64,000 bases of DNA from a bacterium (lineage in GTDB: Bacteria; Patescibacteriota; Saccharimonadia; UBA4664), in NCBI GenBank assembly GCA_016699105.1, contig CP064960.1, forward strand, positions 1,074,715-1,138,714, in the 5' to 3' direction. Numbering within the stretch: position 1 is the stretch's first letter; the number at the start of each line of letters is the position of its first letter. The notes under the pieces are model-generated. The model was not told the origin of the DNA and did no database searches. It saw only the letters and a list, made by a program, of their open reading frames with translations. Below are positions 50,071 through 62,079 of the stretch, piece after piece. A program made the translations under genes and the position numbers.

Positions 50071-51503
50071 TCAATTATTTTTAGTCTGGCCGAGATATTC
50101 AACGACGATTTTGGCCTTAGCCGGTCCAATCACCAAGCCTATCTCTTCGATGCTGGCAATTTTGACACCACGGACTGATCCGAACCGCTTGATGAGCGCT
50201 TTGCGGGTGGTGGGCCCGACTCCGGGAATACTATCGAGCAAACTGGTAGTCGCCCGTTTGGCTTGCAGAATACTCTGATAGGTTATGGCAAAACGGTGGG
50301 CTTCATCGCGAACCCGCTGGAGTAGTTGCAAAACGTGGCTGGATGGTGCCAACTGGATCATGCGATAGGTTCCGTCAGCTTGGCGCTGGACGACTTCCTC
50401 GAGCCGCTTCGCTAAACCAATAGCCGGAATCGGCATGCCACTGGCGGTCAGCACTTCCAAGGCTCCCAGCAAGCTGTGGTTGACCGCCATCGATGAGGAT
50501 CAAATCAGGTTTCGGCCAATCGGCCAGGTTCTTAGCACTCAGGCGCCGCGTCAGGACTTCTTTGATGTGACCGACATCATTATTCCCAGCCAATCGCATC
50601 TTGAATTTGCGATATTCATCCCGATTGGGAAGGCCATCTGAGAACACGACCATGCTGGCGGCATTGCCCGTGCCACCAAGGTGACTGATGTCGTAAGCTT
50701 CGATGCGCCGGGGCAAGACATTGAGGCCAAGTAGCTCAGTCAGGCCAGTCAGCGCTTGATCTCGGGTCAGATCGAAGGTTTCGGTATCACCAAAATGATC
50801 TGCCGGCCCAAGCCTTTGAGATCTTGAATCTGATCACGCAGATGGGCCGCCGCTTCATAATCCTTTTTGGCGGCCGCCTTGGCCATTTCTTTCTCGAGCT
50901 GGCTGATCAATTTGGGTTGCTCACCACGGAAATAGAGCTCGAGCCTTTTATCTGACGCTTGTAGTCACTGGCGGTAATAGCTCCAGCTTCTCGACCAGGA
51001 CACAACCCGAGATGATATTGGAGGCAACCCCGGGTTGGCCATTGCTCGTGCGTGACGTAGGGGAACACTTTGCGCAAATGCCGCATGGCTCGCCGCACTG
51101 GATCGCTGGATGTAAATGGGCCGTAGTAATGAGCCTTGTCGTCCATTGGCCGCCGGACATAGCTAATAACCGGGAATTCATCGGCGGATATCTTGATATA
51201 AATAAAGTTTTTGTCGTCTTTGAGGTCGATATTATATTTCGGGCGGTAGCGTTTGACGAATTCAGATTCTAGAAATAACGCTTCGGCTTCCGAGCCAACG
51301 GTAATCCACTCGGTATCAGAGATTTCGGCGACGAGCGCTGCGGTTTTGGCATCGCGAATATTGCCGCGAAAATAGCTCATCACCCGGTTCTTCAAAAGGG
51401 CGGCTTTTCCGATGTAGATAATTTTGCCCTTATCGTTGCGGTGCAAATAGATACCGGGTTCGGCGGGCAGTTCTTTGAGCTTGGCGCGGAGGCGGTCGGT
51501 CAT
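50071..51503 (-). pseudogene. uvrC: Excinuclease ABC subunit C, interrupted into 3 ORFs, short overall
   Basis: 50907..51503 carries the GIY-YIG domain (GIYLHRNDKGKIIYIGKA). 50375..50716 carries the RNase-H-like endonuclease domain. 50071..50490 carries the HhH region (IPGVGPTTRKALIKRFGSV). An ATGA overlap with the uvrA stop is present. Confidence 0.7.
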
Positions 51504-54330
51504 TTTTGGGCTTCGTGGGCAAAAATACGTTTCAAATAGCGACCAGTATGACTATCGGGTTCTTTGGCGACCATTTCGGGCGTGCCCTGAGCTATGACTA
51601 AGCCTCCCCCACTGCCACCTTCGGGCCCCATGTCGACGAGCCAGTCTGAGCTCTTGATAACATCGAGGTTGTGTTCAATCACGAGTACCGTATTGCCAGT
51701 ATCAACTAAGGCATTTAATACACCGAGTAAGCGGTTCACGTCTTCAAAGTGTAAGCCAGTAGTTGGCTCGTCCAAGATGTAGAGCGTGCGTCCAGTGGAG
51801 CGGCGGGCGAGCTCAGTGGCGAGCTTGATACGCTGGGCTTCGCCGCCCGAAAAGGTAGTGGCTGATTGACCGAGATGAATATATCCCAGTCCGACATTGA
51901 ATAATGTTTCAAATTTGCGTCTGATCGACGGGATATTCTCGAAAAACTTCACCGCTTCTTCAACGGTCATATCCAATACATCTGACACCGTTTTGCCTTT
52001 GTAGTAAATCTCGAGGGCTTCACGATTGTAGCGTTTGCCTTTGCAGTCTTCACAGGTCACGTATACGTCAGGCAAAAAGTGCATTTCAATCTTGATAATG
52101 CCGTCACCTCGGCAGAGCTCACAGCGGCCACCCTTGACGTTAAAGCTAAATCGTCCGGCTTTATATCCCCGGATTTTGGCTTCGGGCACCTGGGCGAATA
52201 ACTCCCGGATATCAGTAAAGACTCCGGTGTACGTGGCCGGGTTGGAGCGCGGGGTGCGGCCAATGGGGCTCTGGTCGACTGAAATGACTTTATCTAAATT
52301 ACCCAACCCTTGAATGTCGTCATGCTTGCCCGGTAAATCGCCAGCCCGGTGATAAACGGCACTGAGTTTTTTGGCTAAAATGTCATTGACCAAGCTCGAC
52401 TTGCCCGATCCCGACACGCCGGTGACACTGACGAGCCGACCGAGGGGAATCTCCACATCAATTCCCTGCAGGTTGTGCTCGCGGGCACCTTTGATGACGA
52501 TAGACTTACGGTTGCCCGGGCGACGTTTGGCAGGTGTGACAATGCGTTTAGCGCCCGAGAGATACTGGCCGGTCAAAGAGGCCGGGTTGGCCGCTACTTC
52601 ATCGGGTGTGCCGGATGCGACTACTTCACCACCATGTTCACCGGCGGCTGGACCAATGTCGATGACGTAATTGCTAGCGCGAATAGTGTCTTCATCGTGT
52701 TCGACCACAATGACGGTATTACCCAGATCACGTAATCGTTCGAGGGTTGCAATCAAACGGTCGTTGTCGCGTTGGTGCAAACCAATACTGGGCTCATCGA
52801 GAATATAAAGGACGCCCATAAGGCTCGAGCCAATTTGAGTAGCTAACCGAATGCGCTGGGCTTCGCCACCAGCCAAGGTATTAGCCGATCGATCAAGCGT
52901 CAAATATTCAAGACCGACATCTTGGAGAAAACTCAAGCGAGACTCGATTTCTTTGAGAATCTGGACCGCAATTTGCGCTTGGCGACCTTCGAGTTTGAGT
53001 TCGCTAAACAAGCGGTGCGCCTCACCAATGGACAGGCGCGTCAAATCGACAATCGATTTGCCATCGACCGTGACGGCCAATATTTCGGGCTTCAGCCGTT
53101 GACCATTGCAGACTGGACATTCCCGCTCCGCCATGTACTTTTCGATTTCTTTGCGGACAAAATCGGAATCGGTATCGTGGTAGCGCCGCTCCATGTTAGG
53201 AATGACACCTTCGTAGTTGGTATGGTAGGTGCGGCCACCGGGACCTCGGAGGAAATTGACTGGTCAGGTGCACCATACAAAACAATGCGCAAATCAGACG
53301 ATTTCATGTCGGCAACGGGTACATCGAGCGAGAAACCATTAGCCTTGGCAACACCGTCGAGTAGTTTGGAGTACCAACTCATGCGGCTCGTCGTTTTAGC
53401 CCACGGTCGAATAGCACCTTCGGCCAGGGTTAGGCGGCGGTTCGGAATGACCAATTCGGGATCAACTTCGAGCCGCGATCCCAAGCCAGTACAGTGTGGG
53501 CAGGCGCCGTGTGGTGAGTTAAAGGAGAAATTACGAGGAGCAATTTCGGGCAACGAAATTTCCCGGTGCTCCGGACAGGCATAGTGCTCAGAAAAAATGC
53601 GCATTTCACCGGTGTCAGCTTGGAGGGCTTTGATAATGCCGTCAGCTAGATTGAGTCCTTGCTCGACGGATTCGGTGAGGCGCTGGCGAATGTCGGAGCT
53701 GGTTGCAATCCGGTCAATGACCGCTTCGATAGTATGTTTGCGTTGTTTATCTAGATTGGGAAAATCGGCCAAGTCGTAGACGGTACCATCGACCCGCACT
53801 CTGGTATAGCCAGCTTTAGCGAGCTCCGGCGCGATGTGGCGATATTCACCTTTTTTGTCGTCTACAATTGGTGCCAACAGATACATTTTGGTGCCCTCAG
53901 GCAATTCTAATATCTGATCAACAATTTGACCGGGCGTCTGCCGGACGACTTCGCGGCCGCAGAGGGGGCAATGCGGGGTGCCGACGCGCGCATACAATAA
54001 CCGCAAATAATCATAAATTTCGGTGACCGTACCAACGGTTGAACGGGGATTGCGAGACGACGACTTTTGATCGATCGAAATAGCCGGGCTGAGACCATCG
54101 ATTTGGTCGACATCCGGTTTTTCCATGAGACCTAAGAACTGCCGGGCATAGGCCGATAAGGATTCCACATAGCGGCGCTGACCTTCGGCATAGATGGTAT
54201 CGAACGCCAATGACGATTTACCCGACCCAGATAGGCCAGTAATGACGACCAACTGATCACGTGGTATCTCCACGTTGATATTTTTCAGATTGTGCTCACG
54301 TGCACCCCGGACGACGATTTTATCCGTCAT
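51500..54330 (-). pseudogene. uvrA: Excinuclease ABC subunit A, one frameshift near 53195-53260
   Basis: The N-terminus [18 protein letters not shown] is followed by two ABC ATPase modules with GLSGSGKSS and GVSGSGKSS. The zinc-finger region begins the second ORF, 51500..53194. Confidence 0.85.
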
Positions 54331-54438
54331 AACAACACCACTTACGGGGTGTAATTGTACCGAAAAACTGCCGAATGGTAAAGACCCTACCGTCGCCCGC
54401 ATAGCGCGGAAAACGGTAGGGTCTTGCGGGCACCGTAA

Positions 54439-55350
54439 TTAACTGACGGTTCCCGTGGGTGCTTGGGCAAACACAGTAGCGACAATCTGCGCGACAAAAT
54501 TTGGCCTGGTCACCGTATTATGGTCGCGGGCGCCCCGGACATTGTCGGTGTGTACGATTACGTGTGCAACTTTCTGCCAATGGTGAACAGCTTGGCGATT
54601 GCGGACAAGTCCGTCATCGTCTGTGGCACCTTTGATGAAATGGATGGCCGGGACCAACGAATTAGCGCCGATTATTCGCGCGTCAAATTTGGACATCCAT
54701 TTAGCTTGGGCAGCTGCGCCTGGAAACGGATACCACGTCGTCATATGATACAAACGTTTCAGGGCATCAGGATCGATACCGGGGTCTGGTGTAATCGGCC
54801 GCACAGCGGTCAATTTCATGATTGCAGCTTTCAGTGCTGTGGCAATCGGTCCATGCCCAAGTTTACCCATGAGGGCGAAACCCCAGCGAGGGATCATGAC
54901 ATCCTCAGGACAGGCAGGAGCACTGTCAAATATGGGTGGTAATGGTAAGCCGTACGGATTAGCTATACACTCAGCTCGATAATGGCGCATGAGCTCGAAC
55001 CAGATCTCGCCACCCATAGAACCGCCAACCGCGGTCCAAGCTGTCGGTTGGTGTAGTTTGAGTTGACGGATCAACTCCTGGTAAATATCACGCAGGTAAA
55101 AGCCTCGGTGAGGATAATCAAATGCCACCACAGTCGCAATCTGATTAATTTGACCTTCGGCAAGGATCTGGCCAACTGCTCGTCCATCTTGACCCCATCC
55201 GGGCAAAACAAAGACAATTCTTGAATTGTCTATACCAGGGAATACATGGGTGACTACGCTTGTTCGATACGAAGCCAGCTGACCCCAGACGATATCAGCT
55301 GTAAACAGCACTAATACTGCCAGACATATCCTGGTCAGGGGGTGCGACAT
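54439..55350 (-). CDS. Secreted alpha/beta-hydrolase-like protein
   Basis: A signal peptide is followed by the GGSMGG nucleophile elbow. Confidence 0.45.
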   Translation of the reverse strand: MSHPLTRICLAVLVLFTADIVWGQLASYRTSVVTHVFPGIDNSRIVFVLPGWGQDGRAVGQILAEGQINQIATVVAFDYPHRGFYLRDIYQELIRQLKLHQPTAWTAVGGSMGGEIWFELMRHYRAECIANPYGLPLPPIFDSAPACPEDVMIPRWGFALMGKLGHGPIATALKAAIMKLTAVRPITPDPGIDPDALKRLYHMTTWYPFPGAAAQAKWMSKFDARIIGANSLVPAIHFIKGATDDDGLVRNRQAVHHWQKVAHVIVHTDNVRGARDHNTVTRPNFVAQIVATVFAQAPTGTVS

Positions 55351-55409
55351 TTCTGATCACCTCAGATTCGCTCTATATCATGTGATGGTAAAGGACGTCG
55401 AACATCTTA

Positions 55410-56138
55410 TTATAGTACAGTTTTACTCAGATTGCGATGCCGGCTCGCAGCCTGGCGCCACGCTTGCAGTCGCCACCAAAATTTGGCCGGCGACTCACCC
55501 AGAAATGCCCGGCGCGAGACGCCAACTTTGAGACTTGGCTCATATACGACTAGGCCGTATCGATTGACATGAATACTCAGATCCACATCTTCATGAACAG
55601 ATTGACTGTCGGTGCAGGTTTCAGACTTAACCTTTTGCCAAGCCGCCGCTGTGATAACCATATTCGAGCCATAAAGCGGCTGATGACCCAAAAACAACCG
55701 GGATATACCGAAAAAGCCAAAGGCAATTACAACGTGTCCCACCAACCGACCAAGCCACCGAGGCAAACCATAGGCATAAGCCGGGCCACTGAGCGCGTAG
55801 ATTTCGCCTGCGTGCTTATCACCTAACCGATGCACGGTGGCAACCCAATCTGGCGGCAAAACAGTATCGGCATCGATGCGACCGATCAGATCACTGCGGG
55901 CGGCATTAAAGCCCTTATCCCGGGCCGGGGCGATGCCGCGTTTGGGTTCTTGCAGTAGCTTGACGAACGGATACGATTGGGCGATGGCATCAGTAGCATC
56001 TTGCGAATGGTTATCGACCACAAATACTTCATCGACCGGCAATGTTTGAGCCGCAATCGAATCGAGAGCAGCACGTAAGACTGATTCTTCGTTGTAGGCC
56101 GGTATCACGATCGACAATGTGCGTTTTGGTGGGGCCAT
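55410..56138 (-). CDS. Family 2 glycosyltransferase
   Basis: LSIVIPAYNEE...VFVVDNHSQDAT is typical of GT2. Confidence 0.7.
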   Translation of the reverse strand: MAPPKRTLSIVIPAYNEESVLRAALDSIAAQTLPVDEVFVVDNHSQDATDAIAQSYPFVKLLQEPKRGIAPARDKGFNAARSDLIGRIDADTVLPPDWVATVHRLGDKHAGEIYALSGPAYAYGLPRWLGRLVGHVVIAFGFFGISRLFLGHQPLYGSNMVITAAAWQKVKSETCTDSQSVHEDVDLSIHVNRYGLVVYEPSLKVGVSRRAFLGESPAKFWWRLQAWRQAASRHRNLSKTVL

Positions 56139-56167
56139 CTTGCGTTAATGATACAATAAACCGTATC

Positions 56168-57054
56168 ATGTCACACGTTTTAATACCCGACGTCGTCGAT
56201 GTCCAGGGCAAGCCGGTATTCTTTGTGCAATCTGGTAGTCGCGACAGCCTCGATGTTGTCCTCGTACTGCACGGTTTTATGTCTGATTACCGCAGTATGC
56301 AAATGGTGGCCGAAAAGCTATCGGTGCCGGCCGGAACCGCGATTTTACTACCAGATTTGCCCGGCTTTGGCTCGTCTGAACCATTTCAGACCAATGGCGC
56401 CAGTCTGAATCATTATATCGATTGGGTGGAGTTATTTTTGACTGCAGCCGCGCCATCTGCCCAACGGGTAACTATTATTGGATATTCTTTTGGCTCATAT
56501 ATTGCTATCAATTACGCCGCCAGACAACCAGCACTATTGTCGAATCTCATTTTGATCACACCCGTCATCCGGGTAGCTCGGCCGGTGCGAATGTTTACCA
56601 CAATTTTGACAACTTATCAGATTATTCAATGGCGGCAGCCCATGCTTTGTATAAGTGGCGGCCCAATTTTGACCTGACATCACTGTATCTAACCCGTAGT
56701 CTTCATCCCGAAAAAGTCATCAAATTGCTGCGACACCGCCGGCAAGAATTGCACGACTTGCGGCCAGAAGTTGTGCTCGAATTGTCACGGGAATTGTTGC
56801 AAATTGATTTGCTGGAATCGGCACCACACATCACCATTCCAGTTTTTATCATGGCCGCCAAATATGATACGGTAGCCGTCAAAAGTGCCACCGAGAAGTT
56901 TGTGGCAGCTTTGGGCGAGCGCGGAACTTTGCATTACCTCCCGAAAGCAGGCCATTTAGTGCCGTTTGAAGGTCCCGATCAGATTAATCAAATTTTAGAC
57001 GAAAAATACTGGCCTCAGAACGTAGCCTTGTCACCTCCTGAGAGTGTCAGTTAA
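56168..57054 (+). CDS. Alpha/beta hydrolase, frameshifted (ORFs 56042..56677 and 56422..57054)
   Basis: VLVLHGFMSD and the GYSFGSYIA elbow are present, with the C-terminal half in a second frame. Confidence 0.5.
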
Positions 57055-57157
57055 CGGCTTAAAATTGACGCGTAGAGCTTAGTGGCCTGAGCCGTCATGG
57101 CGCTTTGTCGAAAATTATAATCTTTACCCAAGACAACTCGCTGACGCTTGTGTTGAA

Positions 57158-58220
57158 TTAGGTCCTGATAAGCGACGGTTTTAGCGTGGCACTTAAATCA
57201 GCAATTGTGTCGCTTTTTACCGCCCAAAAATGTTCTGGCGGAAAATCATCGGCAATGTTTGGATCGCAAATAATCGCGGGCGTTCCGAGCGACATGGCTT
57301 CGAAAACCGTCATGCCCTGGGTCTCGAATCCAATTGAAGTTTGGACATACACGTCAGCCGATGCTAAACCATTGAGGACTTCATTATGGCTGAGTTTGCC
57401 ATGGAAGGTCACCCGACTACTTAGTCCATGCTTCTGTACATATGACTCAGCTTCAGCCCGCATTGCGCCATCGCCAAATATCTCAAATTGTGCAGGCACA
57501 TGTGACATGTCGATGGCCTGCATAAACTCGACTAATCTCTTCTCACGACTCATCCGCCCAAGCCACACAAACGATGGGGTTTTGAAGGACGACGTTGAAT
57601 ATGGTCCAAGCTATCATCATCAATACCGTTTGACATCACCGTCACGTGCTTGGCAACGCCAAGTTTTCTAAATGTTTTGCGAAATGGCGACTTGGTGCCA
57701 ATACTAATTGAGCCCATTGCGCCAAATGTCTAGTGAGCGCCCAGGGGTCCGTCCAGCTACCCAAATGCGGTCCACCTAGTAATCGATTGGTAAGATATGA
57801 AAAATAAAGAGTAAGTATTTTCATGCCCAAAGTACCGACCACTTGGCGCATGCCGATCTCGACATTGGTATGGCAGGTCATAACCACAGGCAATTGTTGC
57901 GCCTTAGCAAAATATAGCCCACTAATAGCCCCCCAGTAATCGGCTTGTACGTGCACAATATCGACTGGCGGAAATGACTTCAATGATTCGGCAAGCCAGC
58001 GCAGACGGCGCTTGGTCGGGATATAGGCTCGATACTCGCTACCAATGCTAAAAGAGGGGATATTTATTTCACTAGTGGAAACCTGATTTTTTCGTGACGC
58101 TGGTTGACAAATTGTGACGATATGTCCTAATTTTTCAAGATATTTTTTTTGGAGTACTACTGACGTCTGGACACCACCAAGTGATGATACTGGTTGGTCG
58201 ATAAATATTGCGATATGCAT
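57158..58220 (-). CDS. Family 4 glycosyltransferase, frameshifted (ORFs 57642..58337 and 57158..57568)
   Basis: The N-terminal Rossmann MHIAIFIDQPVSSLGGVQ and the C-terminal GT4 motif ETQGMTVFEAMSLGTPAII are in separate frames. Confidence 0.6.
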
Positions 58221-58281
58221 AATACATTTCATTATATGCTTGAAACCATGTTTTGCCGATGCTAGTGATATAATTGTGCTC

Positions 58282-59460
58282 ATGCGAATACTCATTGCGT
58301 CCGATCTGCACTGGCCGACTATTAATGGCATCGCCACGTTTGGACGAAATTTAGCGACCGAACTGGCTGAGCGCGGTCATGAAGTTATGGTGGTAGCGCC
58401 GTCCCAAACTGGCCGTAAAACAGAAGAAACTGATGGCCTCTATACCATTAGCCGGACAGCATCGTTGATATTTCCGTTCTATCAAAATCTGCGAGTTTCG
58501 GTGTCGCCGCAACGAGAAATGAAGCACATTGTGCAGCAGTTTCAACCGGACATCATACACGTACAAACGCCCTTGGGTGTCGGTGTGGCGGCAGTTAACG
58601 TAGCCAAAAAACTGCACATTCCCCTGGTGGCTACGAACCACGCCATGAGCGAGAATTTGATTGAGAATCTACGGTTGCTGGCGCCGTTTGCTAAGCCCAT
58701 CGACCGCCTGTTGCGTGAGTATGGTTCCCGGTTTTATGCCAATGCCGACTATATGACCTTCCCGACTACCGCTGCTATTGCCATGCAACGACCAGAGTCG
58801 TTTACAACTCCACACAAGGCTATATCTAATGGTATCGACTTGCGTCGTTTCCAGCCGGGGGTACCAGATGCCGCTATCGCTCAACGATATGGTATCGATC
58901 TCAAGCGGCCGGTAGTAATGTACCTCGGTCGGATTGATGCCGAAAAACAAGTAAGCACCTTGATCAAAGCAGCTGCACTTGTACCTAAGCACTTCCGACT
59001 CCAACTGTTGATTGTTGGTTTTGGTAATGATTTAGAAAATTTGAAGAAACTAGCGCTGGAGTTAAAACTAGCCGACGATGTAGTATTTACCGGTCGGATA
59101 GCCGAAGACGATAAGCCGGCCATTTTGCGCTTGGCGAGCATTTTCGTCATGACGTCGCCAGCAGAATTACAAAGTATTGCTATGTTGGAAGCTATGGCAA
59201 CGGGCCTACCAGTAGTGGCAGTCAATGCCGGGGCTTTGTACGAACTATGTCACGATAGTAAAAACGGTTTCCTCTACAAATTGGGCCAACCCAATGAGCT
59301 GGCGTCCCATATCGAGACTTTGTTGAATGACAAAGAACTCATGACAAAATTTGGTTCGATGAGCCAGGAATTAGCCAGTCACCATGATTTAGGCGAGACA
59401 ATCGGCCAGTTTGAAGCATTATATGAAACGGTGCTCAAACAGCGTCGAGAAATCGCTTAA
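58282..59460 (+). CDS. Family 4 glycosyltransferase
   Basis: MRILIASDLHWPTINGIATF is followed by the GT4 motif LEAMATGLPVVAVNAG. It is divergent from the other GT4 gene. Confidence 0.7.
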   Translation: MRILIASDLHWPTINGIATFGRNLATELAERGHEVMVVAPSQTGRKTEETDGLYTISRTASLIFPFYQNLRVSVSPQREMKHIVQQFQPDIIHVQTPLGVGVAAVNVAKKLHIPLVATNHAMSENLIENLRLLAPFAKPIDRLLREYGSRFYANADYMTFPTTAAIAMQRPESFTTPHKAISNGIDLRRFQPGVPDAAIAQRYGIDLKRPVVMYLGRIDAEKQVSTLIKAAALVPKHFRLQLLIVGFGNDLENLKKLALELKLADDVVFTGRIAEDDKPAILRLASIFVMTSPAELQSIAMLEAMATGLPVVAVNAGALYELCHDSKNGFLYKLGQPNELASHIETLLNDKELMTKFGSMSQELASHHDLGETIGQFEALYETVLKQRREIA

Positions 59461-60277
59461 TGTGAGTGGCGGCTTCGGCTGGTCTTTCATAATGAATCAG
59501 ATGTCCAACACCTTTGAGTGTTACGAGTTGTGATAGTTCTAATCGACCAGTGAGTCGCTGTTGCCCAGACAGCGGTGCAATGTTGTCGTTGTCACCGGCC
59601 AAAATCAAAACTGGCATAGTCAGTTTATCGGCTACAGGTACCACGCCGTGTTTGAGTGAAGACGACATGAGCTGCGCAAATTGGCGCGGATGGGCGAATT
59701 GATTCATATATCGGCGGTGGTACTGATGGATAATGCGCCGCAACGGTTGACGATGCGTCGTGACCATGAGACGGCTAATCACTGTTGTGGGCCAGGGATG
59801 GCGCAATAGCGTATCGCCGAGGCGCTGAGGCATGGCATGTGCGGCCAGCCAGACACTAGCGCGTACTGGTGCCAGCTTGACCTGATCCAGGTTGGTTGCG
59901 GCTTCAGCAATGGGGTTGATAAAAATCACGCGCTGAGCCACAGTAGGGTCGCACTGCAACGCCTGAGCTACCACTTGGCTGCCCATAGAGTGACCTAACA
60001 AGATAATGTTCTCGAGACTGAGTGTCTGCACAAATGTCTGCAACCAGTGACCGTAAGCGTCGATAGTGTGATTATCGGTAGCTAGTGGTTCAGAGCGGCC
60101 AAAACCCGGTAAATCGGGAATGATAAGGCGGTATTCCGGCAAGAATCCAGCAATATCATTCAATCCATGATGGGTGCCTCTGAAGCCGTGGATACAGACG
60201 ATGACGTGCCCCTCAGCTGGCCCAGCAGTCCAGTAATGCGTGCGTCGACCGAGAACTTCGACCGTGTGATGGGTCAT
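59435..60277 (-). CDS. Alpha/beta hydrolase
   Basis: VIVCIHGFRGTHH and the GHSMGS nucleophile elbow are present. Confidence 0.6.
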   Translation of the reverse strand: MTHHTVEVLGRRTHYWTAGPAEGHVIVCIHGFRGTHHGLNDIAGFLPEYRLIIPDLPGFGRSEPLATDNHTIDAYGHWLQTFVQTLSLENIILLGHSMGSQVVAQALQCDPTVAQRVIFINPIAEAATNLDQVKLAPVRASVWLAAHAMPQRLGDTLLRHPWPTTVISRLMVTTHRQPLRRIIHQYHRRYMNQFAHPRQFAQLMSSSLKHGVVPVADKLTMPVLILAGDNDNIAPLSGQQRLTGRLELSQLVTLKGVGHLIHYERPAEAATHIKRFLDAV

Positions 60278-60693
60278 TGTTTGAAAGCGGCAAGTTCAGT
60301 GTAGGTGAAACACTGGCGGCCTGAGTCGTGATATTCTGGATTGGGTGTAGTGCCATATTGGATGACACCTCGACCTGGTGACTGTTTCGACTTGAAGGTA
60401 GCGCAGAGCTCATATTGGGCTTTGTTACCCGCCGTTTCAGTCTTGGTTAAGACATGATATTCCAGGGTAGCAGCGCGGGCGCCGAGTTCGGATGTACTGT
60501 ATATAACTTGGCTCAAATTATCGGGCAATTCGTTTTTATTGAGATAATAGTAGTCAACCTCGTTGGCAATATTTCGGATATCGTCAGCTAGGAGTTGATC
60601 GGCCACTGGACCACGGCGCAGTAGGTACAAACTGGTAGCGGCAATTACCGAAACCACAAATGTGATGACAAAAAAGACGTAATAACGTTTCAT
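60274..60693 (-). CDS. Membrane-anchored hypothetical protein
   Basis: 139 aa with an N-terminal TM segment. Confidence 0.4.
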   Translation of the reverse strand: MKRYYVFFVITFVVSVIAATSLYLLRRGPVADQLLADDIRNIANEVDYYYLNKNELPDNLSQVIYSTSELGARAATLEYHVLTKTETAGNKAQYELCATFKSKQSPGRGVIQYGTTPNPEYHDSGRQCFTYTELAAFKQ

Positions 60694-60696
60694 ATA

Positions 60697-61398
60697 TTAG
60701 TCCTCGATTTTACGGTGGTCGTCCACCCAGTAATAGCCAAAAATGAGACCTGAGACACCAACGGTGACCAACGCATGGAGCGTTTCACTTAAGTAGCTGG
60801 CATTGCCTACGAGCGGCATATTGCCCACATTCATGAGCTGGTAAATCCAATAGGCTGTCCGGCCCAGGGCAATGACAAATGTAATGATGAGTGTGAGTTG
60901 AACAGCAGCTTTGCGGCTCGGGTCAGTCCGGATGACCGGTTCCCCTATTTCGCGTTTCTTGAGCCGCAAGAACATAAATATGAATATAGGCAAGCTTACG
61001 AGCATAGCCGAAGTTGCAAACGTCGCAATACCCTCATAGAACGAGTCGGAATTGCCAACGAGCGTATCGATAAGACTGTGCATGACAGAAGCCAATGACA
61101 TGGCCGCTACCCATAAACTGATAAAGGTAATGAGATATTCAAGGCCGGCGGTTGAGCGGTAGCTAACGACTTTGACGACACCGGGCTTGTCGGCGGTCAA
61201 TGCAGCGGATCTGGACTGGTACGCATGTTCCGGTTGGTTTGGCGGGGGCGGAGGCGGCAACAAGCCGTCATCTTCAGCGAGGGCAGCTTGGGCTGTGGTT
61301 TCGTCCCAACCGGCCTCAACCAAGTTTTTAATAATTTGTTCGTCGGTCCGGCCTTTGCGGCGGGCCAAATCTATATAGTGGCTAAGTGATGCTTTCAT
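60697..61398 (-). CDS. Membrane protein with Pro-rich linker
   Basis: 233 aa with a PPPPPN linker and 4 TM helices. Confidence 0.4.
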   Translation of the reverse strand: MKASLSHYIDLARRKGRTDEQIIKNLVEAGWDETTAQAALAEDDGLLPPPPPPNQPEHAYQSRSAALTADKPGVVKVVSYRSTAGLEYLITFISLWVAAMSLASVMHSLIDTLVGNSDSFYEGIATFATSAMLVSLPIFIFMFLRLKKREIGEPVIRTDPSRKAAVQLTLIITFVIALGRTAYWIYQLMNVGNMPLVGNASYLSETLHALVTVGVSGLIFGYYWVDDHRKIED

Positions 61399-61425
61399 GC
61401 GTCAATTGTGCGCTTTCGATGCGTC

Positions 61426-62079
61426 TTAGTGCAAGAGACTGACCGACCGGGCTAGTATCAATGCCAAGGTAAATACCGAGACGAGCGCCTGCAAGCCCAT
61501 CAACAATTTGGCTTGATGGGTAACTGGCCGGGCGTCAGCAGGCGCAAAGTTGATAGCATTGGTAACTGACAAATAGATATAGTCGACGAGACCTGGTTGC
61601 CACCGAGGAAAATCTGTCGGTTGGTCATATTGAGTGAATTGAAAATCTTTGGTGTGTCGGCTGAGCCGATGTCCGCTTAGTCCGGGGCTATCTATTTCCC
61701 AATACCACAGGGCAAAAACGAAGATATTGGTGGCAAAAATTGTGATGGCGGCGGTGATTAATTCGGCGCCACTCAAGGTTGCTTGGCCCATAATGAGTAG
61801 TCGACTGATGAGGACAAAGGCCAAGACATTGGCCGCCGAGATAAAACCAAGTAATCCCAAAACTGCGCGCCGGGGCCATTTCTGCTGCCGTTGGGCATGA
61901 TCTGGAGCGGACAGTGTGATCGCGACCAGTAACAAGGCTTCGATTACGAGAATGCTGTTGTGGAGCGTCACCATGAAGCTGGGAAGTAAATCACTGGATA
62001 GCACTTGCATGACAATAGCAGCGCCTAAAACGAGCTGGGCGAGTAGTCGGTCATGGGTGGGGGTTTGGGTGGTTTTCAC
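61426..62079 (-). CDS. Integral membrane protein, DUF1345-like
   Basis: 217 aa, multi-TM. The family assignment is tentative. Confidence 0.35.
   Translation of the reverse strand: MKTTQTPTHDRLLAQLVLGAAIVMQVLSSDLLPSFMVTLHNSILVIEALLLVAITLSAPDHAQRQQKWPRRAVLGLLGFISAANVLAFVLISRLLIMGQATLSGAELITAAITIFATNIFVFALWYWEIDSPGLSGHRLSRHTKDFQFTQYDQPTDFPRWQPGLVDYIYLSVTNAINFAPADARPVTHQAKLLMGLQALVSVFTLALILARSVSLLH

Noticed and set aside
52035-53584. Plus-strand ORFs inside uvrA (e.g. 52922..53584, 220 aa)
   Set aside because: They are antisense to a strongly supported uvrA coding region. They are low-complexity shadow ORFs.
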